A stretch of 64,000 bases of DNA from a virus (lineage: Duplodnaviria; Heunggongvirae; Uroviricota; Caudoviricetes), in IMG/VR virus record IMGVR_UViG_3300031787_000054; one strand, 5' to 3'. This document shows positions 29,107-38,862 of this stretch, one piece after another (the stretch's first letter is position 1; every line of letters begins with the position of its first letter). The position numbers and the translations under genes were made by a program. The notes beneath the pieces are model-generated. The model was given only the letters and a program-made list of their open reading frames with translations. It searched no databases and was not told the DNA's origin.

Positions 29107-29451
29107 TCACTTCATTTTGGGTGATAATAATTGTTTTATTTCAAGCTCTACTTTTATTTTTAAAGCTTCACATATTTCATTCTTCACTAAGATATAGTCT
29201 TCATCAAGTAAAAAGAAAGGATATACTCTAGTGTAGCTTTCAAGTTTCGGATCTTTAAATTTATAATTTTCTTTTCCAACTGCGATTATTTTATATACTA
29301 AAGTATAAGTTTCTGGTGATTCAAATTCATTGCCTTTTGTAGTATCGCTTTTTAATACACAATCACCTACCTTAAACTTAGGTTTGATTACTTCAGTCTT
29401 TGGTTCTACTGTACAAGACATTAGCAATAATAGTAACAGTATTCTAATCAT
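29107..29451 (-). CDS. lipoprotein
   Basis: Signal peptide with lipobox-like LLLMSCT. 114 aa. Confidence 0.45.
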   Translation of the reverse strand: MIRILLLLLLMSCTVEPKTEVIKPKFKVGDCVLKSDTTKGNEFESPETYTLVYKIIAVGKENYKFKDPKLESYTRVYPFFLLDEDYILVKNEICEALKIKVELEIKQLLSPKMK

Positions 29452-29825
29452 TATTTACTCCTCTCAATAATACGTTCCATGTTAATCTTAATTGCTTCTT
29501 CAGTTGGAACATAGTCATTGTAAAACTGTACGTTATCTGGTACAAATATTGAGCTATCTCTAAAGTTAGGATTATATCCACGTCTTAACATCTCAGTAAC
29601 TAATTGTTCAAACCTAGTTTCTAAGAACTTCATCTTATTGTAGAAGAACTTAACATGACCTTTACCTAACGTGTAGGTATTAGGAATCTCATCAAAGCTA
29701 AATGACTTACCTTTACGATTAAGTGAGGTACGCAAGTTATTAGGTAGCCTAGCAATCTCACGATACTCAGCTACTAGGTGCTTCGTTGACAATTCTGTAA
29801 CAGGTACTACGTTAATACGTGTCAT
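29451..29825 (-). CDS. denV: pyrimidine-dimer DNA glycosylase (T4 endonuclease V family)
   Basis: Near co-linear similarity to T4 DenV throughout: MTRIN..V.EL...HL.AEYRE, GHV.FFY.K..FL..R, YxPxEA.I. Confidence 0.9.
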   Translation of the reverse strand: MTRINVVPVTELSTKHLVAEYREIARLPNNLRTSLNRKGKSFSFDEIPNTYTLGKGHVKFFYNKMKFLETRFEQLVTEMLRRGYNPNFRDSSIFVPDNVQFYNDYVPTEEAIKINMERIIERSK

Positions 29826-29840
29826 ATTACTTCTCCTTGT

Positions 29841-29876
29841 GTGAGCATATCACATTTAGATAAATTTGTCAAGAAC
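29841..29876 (-). promoter_or_regulatory. conserved promoter copy (variant -10 TATGCT) upstream of denV
   Basis: TTGACA (29872-29867), 17-nt spacer, TATGCT (29849-29844). Confidence 0.5.
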
Positions 29877-30650
29877 TTTTTTTGTAATGTCGTAAATAGG
29901 AGGGTCGTACTTTGCTCTTGAGTAATATCTTAGTGCTGAAATAACTCCGTTATCCCCTTCTTCTTGAAAATCATTGAAGATACGATGGAAACGAAAATAG
30001 AAACTAAACCCTAATCTACTAAACACTGTTTCTTTTGTTAGCTTTGTTTGAATTAAAGCTGAAACTTGATGATATACGGTTGATGTTTGAAAATACTTAG
30101 TGTGTGATTTGATTACGTGTACAATTAAATGTAGTAGCCAGAAAAAGTCTAGCAAAAATAGAAACAGAACTAAACTCTTCTTCTGAAACAACGCACGATA
30201 TATAATAGACCATGTACTAAGTCCACAAAAATCAGGTAAAAACTTACGCTTGCCTTTTGTTGTGTGAGTATTCTGAAAAAAACTACCACGCTTTAGTATA
30301 TCTTTCGTTATTTGTTTAACTCTTTCTTTTTCACCAAGAAAACCTGCCAGTATTATGTAGCCGATGCTGTTATCTCTTGATACTGTTCTGCTGTCTGTCC
30401 ACAATCTACCTTCTTCTGTGTCTTGAATACTATGATATCTACGTAATTTACCGTCTTTCATAAAACGATACATAGCTAAAGCTGAAACAGCGGACGCAGA
30501 CATTGTGCTGTTCCATGTATTATCACCCGATACTAATTTTTGGTACACAGAGTTTGTTGTTAAGAAGTTAGAATCAACAGCATTGAAATGATCTGGTGTT
30601 TTTTGCACCAGAAAACCAAGGTCGTCCATAAATCTATCTAACTTTTTCAT
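29856..30650 (-). CDS. hypothetical protein with central hydrophobic segment
   Basis: 264-aa ORF downstream of a promoter. Confidence 0.4.
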   Translation of the reverse strand: MKKLDRFMDDLGFLVQKTPDHFNAVDSNFLTTNSVYQKLVSGDNTWNSTMSASAVSALAMYRFMKDGKLRRYHSIQDTEEGRLWTDSRTVSRDNSIGYIILAGFLGEKERVKQITKDILKRGSFFQNTHTTKGKRKFLPDFCGLSTWSIIYRALFQKKSLVLFLFLLDFFWLLHLIVHVIKSHTKYFQTSTVYHQVSALIQTKLTKETVFSRLGFSFYFRFHRIFNDFQEEGDNGVISALRYYSRAKYDPPIYDITKKVLDKFI

Positions 30651-30661
30651 ATAACCTCATT

Positions 30662-32284
30662 TTATATACCACATACTCCACCAACACACTGAACTTCGTT
30701 TTCTTCAAACACCATTCCTTCGTTGGCTAGTGCTTCTTCTAGTGAAACTCTAGTAAGGGGTTGACCTCCTCGGCATCCATCTGGATAACAAGTAAATCCT
30801 CTTAGTCTTTTTGCATATTTCAATAATGTATTTGAATTCTTATCTAATGAACTTTCATTATTGTCGTCTGTTCCCCATGAAGACATATTACATGTTGAAC
30901 TGATAGACATATCAACGTAGTTCTGAATGTCAGCTTGAAACTTAACACGTTGTCTAAACGAAAGATCGTATGAATCTTTTATGTTCTCAATTTTAACTCC
31001 ACGTTCAAGAAGTCTTTTAACTGAACCATCGACAACGTATTGAAATAACCATTTACCTTCTTTAAAGTATCTGCGTTTATATGCTTTACAAAATAAAGGT
31101 TCAATTCCTGTTGTTGTTTCAGCAAGTATCCCTATTGTTCCAGTTGGTGCAATCGCTCTGACACCTTTAGGCACAGACACTCCTAATTCTTTAGCAAACG
31201 TGTATGCTGTATCATTTGATTGTTCTTCATATATAGCTAACCATTTATGTAACTCTGGAGTGCATACGTAGTCTTCGCCACGCATCATTAACCACTCATG
31301 AATACCACCTAAACCTAATCCAATTCTGTTGTTTTTTAATCCAACTTCTTTTATTTTATCATTAGGTACATCGGAATATATTCCTCCACAAATTAAAAAC
31401 TTTGTTGACATTTCAATATCTTTTCTTAATTGCTTAGTGTCTTTTATTCTGTTTAACCAAATAGTGCCCAGGTTACATTTATCTGAATCGTCTTCACTCA
31501 CTACTTCACAACAAGCGTTGCGTAGTGACTCGTTATCTTTTCTAAAGTTAAAGCTAAATCCTGGTTCTGCTGTACTAAATGCTTGTGAACAATTTCTTCT
31601 CCATACTTCTTTAGCGTGTAAATATAATGGGTGTTCTTTGTTTTCAATTGCCATGAAAAATTCAGTGTCATATATAACTGATATGTTTGTTAACTCCATG
31701 TCTAATTTGAAATTAAAATCTTGTTCTTTTAGTTTCTTTAAATCTTCTGTGTGATTTTTTAAATCAAGAAATTTAAATATGTCAGCATGTTTCCAATTTA
31801 ATCCTGCCCAAATAGCTGAACGACGCTGACCTCCTTGCATTATATTTCTTCCAGCTTCATTGACCATTCGCATTAAAGCAATAGGACCTGTACTAAATCC
31901 TCCTGTTCTTTTTACTAAAGCACCTTCATGTCTCAAAGCTGAATAATCAACACCGATTCCTCCACCAGTCATTAGTGCTGAAGTAATTCGATACATTAAC
32001 TCAGCCCATTCTTCACGAGAATCACCTGCTCTAAATAAAAAACAATTATTAACCTGATGGAATGGTCTACCTGCTGAATATAAATATCTACCACCAGGAA
32101 TAAATCTTCTATCTTCAATCATGTTTACAATATATTTTTTATCTTCAGGAGAGAGTCTTTGACCACAAACTGCTTCAACTATTCTGTTTGACATGTCAGA
32201 CCAGTTCTCTTGACCATTCATTGAATACTTTTGAATAAAAACATCTTGACTAAACTTATTTGAAAATACATCGTACTTTGACAT
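30662..32284 (-). CDS. ribonucleotide reductase (large, monomeric; class II-like)
   Basis: RNR signature GGGIGVDYSALRHEGALVKRTGGFSTGPIALMRMVNEAGRNIMQGGQRRSAIW. NxCxE-like NACCE. C-terminal Cys pair CVGGVC. Confidence 0.75.
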   Translation of the reverse strand: MSKYDVFSNKFSQDVFIQKYSMNGQENWSDMSNRIVEAVCGQRLSPEDKKYIVNMIEDRRFIPGGRYLYSAGRPFHQVNNCFLFRAGDSREEWAELMYRITSALMTGGGIGVDYSALRHEGALVKRTGGFSTGPIALMRMVNEAGRNIMQGGQRRSAIWAGLNWKHADIFKFLDLKNHTEDLKKLKEQDFNFKLDMELTNISVIYDTEFFMAIENKEHPLYLHAKEVWRRNCSQAFSTAEPGFSFNFRKDNESLRNACCEVVSEDDSDKCNLGTIWLNRIKDTKQLRKDIEMSTKFLICGGIYSDVPNDKIKEVGLKNNRIGLGLGGIHEWLMMRGEDYVCTPELHKWLAIYEEQSNDTAYTFAKELGVSVPKGVRAIAPTGTIGILAETTTGIEPLFCKAYKRRYFKEGKWLFQYVVDGSVKRLLERGVKIENIKDSYDLSFRQRVKFQADIQNYVDMSISSTCNMSSWGTDDNNESSLDKNSNTLLKYAKRLRGFTCYPDGCRGGQPLTRVSLEEALANEGMVFEENEVQCVGGVCGI

Positions 32285-32354
32285 TAGTTAAACCTTTATT
32301 AATAGAGGAGGAAGTGAATTCTTCCTCCTTAGACTAATATAGTTGTTTACGAAA

Positions 32355-33839
32355 TTATGAAGCAGATAATCTTTTTCGAATATCATTTAAAGATTCTTCA
32401 ATTAAAAAGTTACCATTTTCAAAAACTGTTTTCAATAAATTCTCTTTAGAGATATTAGAACTTGTATCATCGGAATATTCTAATACACCAGAATTATTTT
32501 TGAATACTGTCACTTTACCTAACGCTGAATTTTTTGTACCGTCGTCTGTCTTAGGTGCTTTGAATATTGCTTTCTCTGTTCCATTAATTGTAACAGATGT
32601 TGCTTTCATTGCAAAACCTAAAGTGTCTCTTGTGATAAATTGATATGTGTATGAACCGATTCCTAGTACAACATTAGTAGAAGCGAATCCTTTTTGTTTT
32701 AATCTCTCACAAATTTCTTTACATCTTTCAAGTGTAATCGAGTCACCGTAAATAGCTCCGATTTTAGGATTAAGTATTTTGTATCCTTGTGATGATACTG
32801 TTCCACCGAATGTTTCATATAATAATTCAATAACACCTTTGTTCTCAGGTGAACCTAGAGGAGCTTCAGGGTCTCCACATAGAATGTCAGCAGGGTCTCC
32901 ACTATCAGGACGAACCACTACTTTATCTAATGAACCTGCTCCACCATCACGAGCTAGAATTGATTCTTTTAATGAAGGTAAAATGTTTGTTACAACATTA
33001 AATAAATCCCAAGTATCTGACACAATACTAACAATACCTGTTGGATATAGTTCTTCAATGAATCTTCTATATGTTTCTCGTTCGTCTTCATATCCTCCTG
33101 CACACATTACTGAATGTTCGCTTGCTGGAACTGAACAACCAACTAATTCTTTAGTAACATCTGCATTGTAGTATTGTTCTGCATAATTAATTGCGGGTAA
33201 TGTATCTGTTCCAACGAATGATAGTAGGTGTCCAACACCAGATCGTGCTGAGTCTTCAGGTCCACTCTGTCCTCTCATAGAGAAATCGTGTCCTTGAAAT
33301 TCAACGCCAGCAGTAGAGCCTGTTGTCTCCAGTGCGTAATTATCTAATACTGAGCGGTAAGCTTTAGCAATACTTGCTGTTGTCGCTGGTTTCCATAGTA
33401 GTGATGAAAGAATAGTTTCAAGATAATTTGTTAACCAAAAGAATTCATCTTTAGTATTCTCGATTGTCATTACTGGAACTCGAAATGGTACTAACGTTCC
33501 TTCAGCTAATGCTGTTACTTTTAACGGTAAATAACCTAAATCATGTAAGTCTTCTAAGTGTTTTGTTTCAACATTTGGATTAAATAAATAAGCAGATACT
33601 TGACGCTTGTATTCATTAATAATTTCTTCTTTCTGTTTACTAAAGAACTGTGAATTAAATAATTCGTTTAATTCTTTTAATGCACCTTGTGTTCCAAAAG
33701 CTACAACGTTCTCAATTCCGTTGGCATGTTTACCTGAACGTGGTGTCCATGTACTGTATACCTTTGATGTGTTCTTTGGATACTGTACTCTATGACTAAG
33801 CTTGTAACCGTCACATGCTAATGTTGCAATTAAATTCAT
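32355..33839 (-). CDS. nadV: nicotinamide phosphoribosyltransferase family protein (NadV/Nampt-like)
   Basis: 494 aa. N-terminal LACDGYKLSHRVQYP and overall Nampt-like organisation. Confidence 0.8.
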   Translation of the reverse strand: MNLIATLACDGYKLSHRVQYPKNTSKVYSTWTPRSGKHANGIENVVAFGTQGALKELNELFNSQFFSKQKEEIINEYKRQVSAYLFNPNVETKHLEDLHDLGYLPLKVTALAEGTLVPFRVPVMTIENTKDEFFWLTNYLETILSSLLWKPATTASIAKAYRSVLDNYALETTGSTAGVEFQGHDFSMRGQSGPEDSARSGVGHLLSFVGTDTLPAINYAEQYYNADVTKELVGCSVPASEHSVMCAGGYEDERETYRRFIEELYPTGIVSIVSDTWDLFNVVTNILPSLKESILARDGGAGSLDKVVVRPDSGDPADILCGDPEAPLGSPENKGVIELLYETFGGTVSSQGYKILNPKIGAIYGDSITLERCKEICERLKQKGFASTNVVLGIGSYTYQFITRDTLGFAMKATSVTINGTEKAIFKAPKTDDGTKNSALGKVTVFKNNSGVLEYSDDTSSNISKENLLKTVFENGNFLIEESLNDIRKRLSAS

Positions 33840-34060
33840 TATTTATCTCCTTTGGTAAAATCTTTACCTGTTAATTTCTTTGACGCTTTACTAAAAAACG
33901 GAATACCAAATGCAACAATAGCACATATTATATGTACTGTAATACCTATTACTCTAAATTCTTCATGAGTCATAGGAGTTAGTATCAATAGTAGACCAAA
34001 GAAAAACAAACTACTAGCTATTGTTATTCCTAATTTTAGTTCTCTTTTAACTTCTTTCAT
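33839..34060 (-). CDS. small membrane protein
   Basis: 73 aa, two TM helices. Start overlaps the nadV stop. Confidence 0.4.
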   Translation of the reverse strand: MKEVKRELKLGITIASSLFFFGLLLILTPMTHEEFRVIGITVHIICAIVAFGIPFFSKASKKLTGKDFTKGDK

Positions 34061-34212
34061 TTTTCTCTTTTATTAATCTATTAAATCCTTTAAATAAAAG
34101 ATACAATAAAGATACTATCCCTAGTATCGGGAGTTCGTTTGATTTATGGCTTAACATAAAAGGTAAGATAAAACCAAAGTACGCTCCTAAAAATAAAATT
34201 ATAATAAATAGT

Positions 34213-34422
34213 TTATTCATTATGTTTACTCCAATGTTTTATATTATCTAAATACAATTTATAGTTTTGATTTAGTTCATAGACTATACCATTGTGTTTA
34301 TTACTTAATGATAATTTAACTTTAATATATCTATTGTTTACATCACGATAAGTTACTCTATGTATATGTACAAATAAGTCGCTCTTTTCGTTTGTATATG
34401 TTCCAGGATATATCATAATCAC
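34213..34422 (-). CDS. hypothetical protein
   Basis: 69-aa ORF. Confidence 0.3.
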   Translation of the reverse strand: MIMIYPGTYTNEKSDLFVHIHRVTYRDVNNRYIKVKLSLSNKHNGIVYELNQNYKLYLDNIKHWSKHNE

Positions 34423-34487
34423 CTTTTGTTAGATGACGATAGCTCGTCAACCCGACAACTCCTAGATGGTATGTCGCACCATATTAA

Positions 34488-35342
34488 TTACTTAATGTTA
34501 ATAAAGGGAATAGCGTTACTTCCTGTCATAGTTGGAAGTCTTCCGTCCCAACGTTGGATAGCTTCGTACTGGATTAATTCAGATGTTAGTGTTTTTAATT
34601 TTAAAGCATTAGACTTTGCCTCTGCTTCAGCTATTGCTAACATTGATTTAGCTTTACCTTCAGCTTCTGCAATTTGTTTTTTAGCTTGTGCTTCAGCTTC
34701 TCTTAGTTCGTTCTCTCTTTGTTGTGCTCTTTGTGTTGCTTCAATCTTAGAGTTAAGAGCAGATACAACGTTGTCTGGTAATCTAATAGAACCAATTAAA
34801 TATACTTTCTCAATAATAATACCATGCGGTTTTAAACTCTCTCTAACTAATCCTTCAACCTTTAGAAATAAGTCTGTCTTACCAGAACCATAAACAGATT
34901 CAACAGTCATTGTAGATGCTACAGTATTTAGTGCATCTCTTAAAGCGTTCTTTACTACAACAGCTTTTATTTCATCAATACCTTTCCTATACTTTTGGAA
35001 TAGTTTGCTGATCTTAGAATCATCAACAGTGAATGTTACACCCATATCAATGTTACAAGATAGACCTTCTGACGTTTGAAAAGTAAAAGATTCATCTGTT
35101 TCAGAGTCTTCCATTTCGTCTCTCGTGTAGATTTTTGTTTGTTGGAAAGTAGGGAAGATGTATAGTTCCTCATTGATCCCAACCCAATATCTACCTACAC
35201 CTAGTACTTCGTGGTCAACACCCTTACTACCGCCTAGTAGGTAAATCTTAACACCAACATTACCTGCTGGAACTTTAGAACAAGACGTTGTGAATAACGT
35301 CAGTAACAATACAATAAAAAAACCCTTCAGAAAATTAATCAT
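34488..35342 (-). CDS. SPFH/band-7 (stomatin/prohibitin-like) membrane protein
   Basis: N-terminal TM, SPFH-like core, Ala/Glu-rich coiled-coil tail (EAEAQAKKQIAEAEGKAKSMLAIAEAEAK). Confidence 0.55.
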   Translation of the reverse strand: MINFLKGFFIVLLLTLFTTSCSKVPAGNVGVKIYLLGGSKGVDHEVLGVGRYWVGINEELYIFPTFQQTKIYTRDEMEDSETDESFTFQTSEGLSCNIDMGVTFTVDDSKISKLFQKYRKGIDEIKAVVVKNALRDALNTVASTMTVESVYGSGKTDLFLKVEGLVRESLKPHGIIIEKVYLIGSIRLPDNVVSALNSKIEATQRAQQRENELREAEAQAKKQIAEAEGKAKSMLAIAEAEAKSNALKLKTLTSELIQYEAIQRWDGRLPTMTGSNAIPFINIK

Positions 35343-36106
35343 TCAACTTCTCCTTTGAAATTAAATACTCGTTTAATGCCTTCTTCAAATAATACAAGAG
35401 AACCTCTAGAATAAATACCATGTGTTGTGTATAGATATACTTCGGAAGCTCCCATTTTATATAACTGTTTAGCACATTGAATAAAGGTAGCTCCTCCATC
35501 ACAAATGTCGTCCACTATTAAACACTTTTTATTTGTTATAGGATATAGTGAGTCGGCTTCTAATGAAAGAATCTTACCTGTTGATTGTTCTCTTACCTTG
35601 TTGAAATAAATACTAGGTATATTAGTTAATGAATTTAACTTACTATAACGAACACTAGCTCCTTTGTCTGGATAGATAAGTACATCTGTTCCAGTTAATA
35701 AAGTAACAGTTTGAATGTATTTGTAAGGTATTTCATTTATACAATTAGCTATACCATGTTTATCGGAATGAGCATCAATCAAATACACAGTACTAAAGTT
35801 AAGTGAATTAATCAAATGAGCAAATGGGTGAATACCGAATGTCGAATCATTACTTACCTCCTTATCCTGTCTTCCGTATGGAAGATAGTTAATACGTAGT
35901 GTTCCTAGTTTTTCTGAAACAGAGCCAATCATAAATCGTAATTGAGCGATTGTTATAAGCTCTGACTCTTTATCAAAGTCCCATTCAATTACGTTATTAA
36001 ACGTTATTTTCATTTTGTTATACACATCTTCTGGGAGTTTCCAGACTTGTGTACAAGTATCAGGGAATGTTGTTGGAGTTACGTTGTAACCGTTTAGTGT
36101 TATCAT
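35339..36106 (-). CDS. phosphoribosyl-diphosphate synthetase-like (Prs/PRTase-fold) protein
   Basis: PRPP-binding motif CLIVDDICDGGATF. Shorter (255 aa) than housekeeping Prs. Confidence 0.65.
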   Translation of the reverse strand: MITLNGYNVTPTTFPDTCTQVWKLPEDVYNKMKITFNNVIEWDFDKESELITIAQLRFMIGSVSEKLGTLRINYLPYGRQDKEVSNDSTFGIHPFAHLINSLNFSTVYLIDAHSDKHGIANCINEIPYKYIQTVTLLTGTDVLIYPDKGASVRYSKLNSLTNIPSIYFNKVREQSTGKILSLEADSLYPITNKKCLIVDDICDGGATFIQCAKQLYKMGASEVYLYTTHGIYSRGSLVLFEEGIKRVFNFKGEVE

Positions 36107-36114
36107 TTTACCTT

Positions 36115-36306
36115 TTATTCACAAGGAGCAATAAATTCTATTTTGTTAGATGGATAACTTGTACTATTATAATACAAAGTTAATTCTGTAAAACTGGCAT
36201 CAAATCCATATTTAATATGGTCTTCATTTATTTTGCTGATAAAGATACGATATATTTTTCCTGCATAATTAATTAAATTATAACTATTCTCCATAAGAAA
36301 CCTCAA
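36115..36306 (-). CDS. hypothetical protein
   Basis: 63-aa ORF. Confidence 0.3.
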   Translation of the reverse strand: MRFLMENSYNLINYAGKIYRIFISKINEDHIKYGFDASFTELTLYYNSTSYPSNKIEFIAPCE

Positions 36307-36535
36307 TACTATTAAATTGAGTTTGTGAAATGTTCACATTATCTTGTGCTGTCAAGTTCTGATTATTGAAAGCTTGTAGGTCTTCTAACGCTGTCTTAAG
36401 AGCTTCAATGGGTATAGCAACATTACCAGTTGGTGAACGAAAAATAACCATTGATGGATCTCCGTGCATCAATCTCACTTCACATTCTACTTCACGTTCG
36501 TTTGTTGGTAAATAAATAAGTAATTCTTTTCTCAT
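36284..36535 (-). CDS. hypothetical protein
   Basis: 83 aa. First gene after the promoter at 36547-36575. Confidence 0.35.
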   Translation of the reverse strand: MRKELLIYLPTNEREVECEVRLMHGDPSMVIFRSPTGNVAIPIEALKTALEDLQAFNNQNLTAQDNVNISQTQFNSIEVSYGE

Positions 36536-36543
36536 AATACTCC

Positions 36544-36579
36544 TTTAGTATATCACATATTGTTTAATTTGTCAAGTGT
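36544..36579 (-). promoter_or_regulatory. conserved promoter copy (-10 TATACT)
   Basis: TTGACA (36575-36570), 17-nt spacer, TATACT (36552-36547). Confidence 0.55.
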
Positions 36580-36646
36580 TATTTTATATCTAAGTCCTTA
36601 ATACAATAAAGGAAACCTAAATAACATATAGCCATTATAATAAATA

Positions 36647-37051
36647 TTAAGGGCATACACTTTCTCCGATTAATGTTAAGTCTCTGTCAAAGAATATACG
36701 AGGATATATCTCATCGAATATATCACCTTGTCTTAATAGACAAACTTCATATTTAGTATCTTCTATTGTTCCAACGAATTCATCAAGACATGTTCCTTTT
36801 ATTTGAAAAACAAAACCAACGTATGGTGTGTTAGTGATCTCCATACCATCACTATTATAATCTTTTATAACTTGTACTATGTCTCCTGGTTTAAATTTTG
36901 TAGCCATTTTTATCTGTCTCCTTCTTACAAGATCGACACACATAAAACATATGTCCACCTGCTGTGTTACTAATAATATTAGGACTACCACAACAATGAT
37001 TCTTTGTTTCAATATATGATTCGTATTTAAAGAATGGAGGAGGTAAGTCAT
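36647..37051 (-). CDS. hypothetical protein (true start may be the internal Met near 36907)
   Basis: ORF overlaps the next gene by 160 nt unless it starts at MATKFKPGDIV. Confidence 0.3.
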   Translation of the reverse strand: MTYLLHSLNTNHILKQRIIVVVVLILLVTQQVDICFMCVDLVRRRQIKMATKFKPGDIVQVIKDYNSDGMEITNTPYVGFVFQIKGTCLDEFVGTIEDTKYEVCLLRQGDIFDEIYPRIFFDRDLTLIGESVCP

Positions 37052-37256
37052 CTGTTATTTCTTCACAATCACCAATTGAAACCATGAATGATGCACCGAA
37101 ATCGTAAGGATCTAATACATCATAATGAGGGAAAGGATATGAATATAATCTTCCTTCTAGTTCAGCACCGAAGCATCTCATTATTGGTGTCATGTGAAAC
37201 CCTAACTTAGATGATTCATCATACTTAACTATTCTAATCTTCTTTAGAGTAGACAT
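36891..37256 (-). CDS. Cys-rich small protein
   Basis: 121 aa with HCCGSP...CRSC cysteines. Confidence 0.35.
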   Translation of the reverse strand: MSTLKKIRIVKYDESSKLGFHMTPIMRCFGAELEGRLYSYPFPHYDVLDPYDFGASFMVSIGDCEEITDDLPPPFFKYESYIETKNHCCGSPNIISNTAGGHMFYVCRSCKKETDKNGYKI

Positions 37257-37257
37257 A

Positions 37258-37830
37258 TTACCTCCTTAGTTCATATTCAAATCTTAGTTTTCTTTTTTGT
37301 TTTAGTAATTTAGCAACACCATTCTTGATAAGTTCTTGCAACTTAAGTGCTGTCTTTGTGTACTGATTATCTTTCTTAGCGTATAACTGTCTTAAGTGTA
37401 TCTTCTTTCCATTAAGCTCAACAACTCTTGGATTGCTGTTATTCTCTTCACCAACATACTTAAAGTTACTAGCTTTATATATTGTTCCTATGTGTCCAAC
37501 GTTGGGGTCTGTATATGAAAGAATAATAGGTGGGCAGTCTTTATTCTTTAATATGTTTAATGTCTTTGCTAAGAAGAATGATTCAGTATTCTTTTCTGTG
37601 TTATCAATTAAACAAAATCTTCTTAGTTCAATATACTTATCGCTATCTATATTCTTACCCATTGGTTTACCATATAAAGCAACACCTATTAGGTTATTAT
37701 TTAGGTCACGTAAAGTAAATATAAACTTCTGTTGTAGTGATCTATATGATTTTGAATAGTGCCATGTGATAATGAAGTCCATAATTTCTTTAGTTAATGT
37801 TTCTTCTTTTACAATGTATTTAGACTTCAT
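37258..37830 (-). CDS. hypothetical protein
   Basis: 190-aa ORF. Confidence 0.4.
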   Translation of the reverse strand: MKSKYIVKEETLTKEIMDFIITWHYSKSYRSLQQKFIFTLRDLNNNLIGVALYGKPMGKNIDSDKYIELRRFCLIDNTEKNTESFFLAKTLNILKNKDCPPIILSYTDPNVGHIGTIYKASNFKYVGEENNSNPRVVELNGKKIHLRQLYAKKDNQYTKTALKLQELIKNGVAKLLKQKRKLRFEYELRR

Positions 37831-38057
37831 ATTAAAACTGCTTCCTTTTGTCTAATAATAAAGTGATCTCTATCTCCTCCTTTTGTACTTTTTGCTAGAA
37901 AACGAACACGTACGTCTCTTTCTTTAAAGGGAACGTTAGTACATACGACAACACAGATGTCACCAACAAAATATAAACCAGCACAACCTTCTTCTTCATC
38001 GTCTTGCAAATTTGGATTAACGTTCTGTATCTGTAAAACATCTCCTATTTTAAACAT
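37827..38057 (-). CDS. small beta-rich protein (KIGDV family)
   Basis: 76 aa. N-terminal MFKIGDVLQIQ, shared with several other small ORFs. Confidence 0.35.
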   Translation of the reverse strand: MFKIGDVLQIQNVNPNLQDDEEEGCAGLYFVGDICVVVCTNVPFKERDVRVRFLAKSTKGGDRDHFIIRQKEAVLI

Positions 38058-38347
38058 AAAAATCTCCTATGTAATAAACATCAACACTTACCTTTCTAGT
38101 AAACCATAAATTATTAGTGTCTCTAAACATGATTAAATAATAAATACCTGATTGGTACACATGGACAAAGTGCATAGAATACCATCTATTAAATAAAATT
38201 TATAGATATCTAAAGTATTTAAATCGTTGACTTTTTGCATTTTGTTCTCACTTTTTACTTGACAAATAAAAGAAAGTATGGTAACAACTGTTATGGGACA
38301 GAGACGAATCTACAAATTCGTCGATGATGTTATGTGAACTGTTTCAT

Positions 38348-38629
38348 TTAAGGAATGGTCTGTTTAAAGTTACCTTTGAATTTAACACCTAAAGATTCTA
38401 AGTACTCTCTTACTTCTTCTTTAGCTTTACGCAATGATTTATACGATGTCTTGTGTACTGTAGTAAATTGATCATCGTTTAATGTCTCTCTTACTGAATA
38501 TGTTCTATTTGATAAGTTAATACAAACATAATATAAGTTACCATTTGCTGAGAAATATTTACTAAGTAAACAATCACCAGCCTTGGTGTATGTTATCTTT
38601 GTTGGAAATAAATCTAAAGTCATAAACAT
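38348..38629 (-). CDS. hypothetical protein
   Basis: 93-aa ORF. Confidence 0.35.
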   Translation of the reverse strand: MFMTLDLFPTKITYTKAGDCLLSKYFSANGNLYYVCINLSNRTYSVRETLNDDQFTTVHKTSYKSLRKAKEEVREYLESLGVKFKGNFKQTIP

Positions 38630-38862
38630 TCTCCTACTTCATAAAGGAAATCTTTATAAAATGAAGTACCATCTATCATCTCTTGTCTGGTTACTTGTAT
38701 ATAAGAATCATTAAATGATTTAAATTCAACGTCACCGTCGGAGTGAATATCTTTAAGTAAACAATATAAAATAATGTAAGTACTGTTTGTATTATACATG
38801 TAACACATGTAACAGTAAAATTTATCTTCTCTTATGTCTTTAATGTTTGTTATTCTTTTCAT
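38620..38862 (-). CDS. hypothetical protein
   Basis: 80-aa ORF. Confidence 0.35.
   Translation of the reverse strand: MKRITNIKDIREDKFYCYMCYMYNTNSTYIILYCLLKDIHSDGDVEFKSFNDSYIQVTRQEMIDGTSFYKDFLYEVGECL

Noticed and set aside
32297-32325. GGAGGAAG-tgaatt-CTTCCTCC hairpin between nadV and the reductase gene as an intrinsic terminator
   Set aside because: A perfect 9-bp stem but no following U-tract in the transcribed (minus) orientation. More likely an RBS-sequestering or RNA-processing structure, and not enough evidence to call.
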